Below, in pieces: positions 62,671-64,000 of a stretch of DNA of 64,000 nucleotides (position 1 is its first letter; each line of letters starts with the position of its first letter). The stretch is from a virus (lineage: Duplodnaviria; Heunggongvirae; Uroviricota; Caudoviricetes): the IMG/VR virus record IMGVR_UViG_3300035696_002535. The stretch is one strand, 5' to 3'. Below the pieces are notes generated by a model, which was given only the letters and a program-made list of their open reading frames with translations, searched no databases and was not told where the DNA came from. Made by a program: the position numbers and the translations under genes.

Positions 62671-62940
62671 TTATATGTTTATATCGTCGCTTTCTTCGTC
62701 TAAATCATAACCATCAGGTTCTCGATAGATGGAACCGTCTTCGTTAAGGATATCTCCCTCGTGGAGAGTAGCCAGTTTAGCGGCTTCGTTTTCATCAAAA
62801 TCCTCCGGATCTTCTTTAACTGGGAAACTCTCGATATCGTTGTCATCAAAGATGTTCGTCATAACCCAACCCTCCTTAAAAAATTTATAAAGATAACATG
62901 ATAGTTCTAATGGTTCTAATAAAATGAACAAAGTATTCAA
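62671..62940 (-). CDS. small highly acidic protein
   Basis: 89 aa, rich in D/E: 'DDNDIESFPVKEDPEDFDENE...DLDEESDDINI'. Confidence 0.4.
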   Translation of the reverse strand: MNTLFILLEPLELSCYLYKFFKEGWVMTNIFDDNDIESFPVKEDPEDFDENEAAKLATLHEGDILNEDGSIYREPDGYDLDEESDDINI

Positions 62941-63599
62941 CTCATCTGAGTAGCTAAGATCCTTGGGTATTCCTCATCTATTTCCTTTTTGATTTCGGTC
63001 ACCAGATCCCCAACCTCTTTAACTTCCATTTTAAAAAAATTCTCTGGTATAATTTCTTTCCTTTTAAGGATATCATACATTTTGGTTTGTATGATACCTG
63101 CAGCTATTGAACTTTTTACGGCACCTGAGCTGCTGAGTGGACCGGAAGGAAAACTGGGTTCATCAAGCATTATCACAACCTTTCCTTCCTTTTTATACGG
63201 AAGGATTATCGCCCTCTCTTTTTCATGATCCTTGAAGTCCAAAAGATAGATTAGAATAGCTTCAAGTCTCATGCCTTCGGGATATACACTAGGTCTCTCC
63301 GTGCTGATGTTTTGAAGAGCATACTCATAATCCTCTTGTTTATCAAATTTTCTGAAAGTAGTATCCGATACAAACACTATTTGATGTGCTTTTTTCTCGC
63401 AAGTTAGTTTTCCTACTTCTTGTAGCATCTCTATCTTTTCTTCATCGTTCTTAAACGGCGTGAATACCACATAGATATTATCTTCTCCAAAAATGTGGGC
63501 TCTTGGTATGAATGTATCACCTTCGCTCACATATCTTTTAAGAGAGTCTATGTTGATAGACTTTATGTCATTAATTACTTTGTCATCCACTTCTTGCAT
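62937..63599 (-). CDS. hypothetical protein
   Basis: 220 aa ORF. Confidence 0.4.
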   Translation of the reverse strand: MQEVDDKVINDIKSINIDSLKRYVSEGDTFIPRAHIFGEDNIYVVFTPFKNDEEKIEMLQEVGKLTCEKKAHQIVFVSDTTFRKFDKQEDYEYALQNISTERPSVYPEGMRLEAILIYLLDFKDHEKERAIILPYKKEGKVVIMLDEPSFPSGPLSSSGAVKSSIAAGIIQTKMYDILKRKEIIPENFFKMEVKEVGDLVTEIKKEIDEEYPRILATQMS

Positions 63600-63607
63600 G
63601 TTTTTTC

Positions 63608-63826
63608 CTATTTGTCTCTGAAGACGATACGACCTTTTGTTAAATCATATGGCGACAGTTCCAACCGTACTTTATCTCCCACAAGGATTCGAATGAAGTT
63701 CATACGAATCTTCCCTGATACATGAGCATGGACCATGTGTCCATCTGAAAGCTCTACCTTGAAGTGAGCGTTGGGAAGAGTCTCTTTTACGATGCCCTCG
63801 ACCTGGATTGATTCTTGTTTGGACAT
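63608..63826 (-). CDS. infA: translation initiation factor IF-1 (start at 'MSKQES', preceded by GGAGGT)
   Basis: '[64 protein letters not shown]' is nearly collinear with bacterial IF-1. Confidence 0.85.
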   Translation of the reverse strand: MSKQESIQVEGIVKETLPNAHFKVELSDGHMVHAHVSGKIRMNFIRILVGDKVRLELSPYDLTKGRIVFRDK

Positions 63827-64000
63827 GATACCTCCGTTTTCACTTTTTGTTGTAACTTTCAATATATCTTTTTGCAACGCCCTCTGCATATTCGTAAGTG
63901 TTAAACTTTTCCATGTCTCCGTCTTTAATGGTTATTCCTTCTTTAGTTGTAATGTACCAATGCTTACCTTCTGGCCACTGTGCAATATTAATGTCCTTCA

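Noticed and set aside
1-64000. CRISPR arrays, rRNA and tRNA genes
   Set aside because: No regularly spaced direct repeats of 25-40 nt and no tRNA-like structures were found. The only tandem repeats are in-frame coding repeats: the flotillin 66-nt repeat and the 33-nt repeat at about 17330-17395.

Overview
This is a compact, AT-rich 64 kb window with almost no non-coding space, most plausibly a slice of a very large (jumbo/huge) bacteriophage or phage-like element of a bacterial host. The evidence for a phage is: a YopX-family protein; three free-standing homing endonucleases (LAGLIDADG, GIY-YIG with NUMOD3 repeats, HNH); Shine-Dalgarno sequences (AGGAGG) before start codons; long runs of short co-directional ORFs with 4-nt overlaps; and a conserved AT-rich promoter-like 15-16-mer recurring upstream of many minus-strand genes. 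The evidence for a bacterial host is that the host-like genes carried here are bacterial in type: IF-1, HPr, PspA, flotillin plus NfeD, NadE and PncA.

The window has three parts.
(i) 1..672 holds a truncated TnpB-like ORF followed by three stem-loops.
(ii) 673..40619 is a minus-strand accessory block. It encodes an NAD+/ADP-ribose gene set: nicotinamidase, NUDIX, macro, DprA/SLOG-fold, WGR-PARP and glutamine-dependent NAD synthetase. It also has two membrane-remodelling modules (PspA, and flotillin with NfeD), each adjacent to one member of an uncharacterised paralogous pair, an RNA ligase with a tRNA-binding domain, a protein with a sigma-70 region-4-like domain, PP2C phosphatase, an Ogg-like glycosylase and a secreted NucA-type nuclease.
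(iii) 40785..62381 is a plus-strand, roughly 21.6 kb glycan-biosynthesis locus. It contains GDP-fucose synthase, a split transketolase, two SDR epimerase/dehydratases, a DegT aminotransferase, GT2, GT10, GT17 and GT32-like glycosyltransferases, a frameshifted fucosyltransferase-like gene, methyltransferases and three radical-SAM enzymes. Short minus-strand genes follow, ending in infA.

No rRNA, tRNA or CRISPR array was recognised. All functional calls rest on motif-level reading of the translations and need HMM or structure confirmation.
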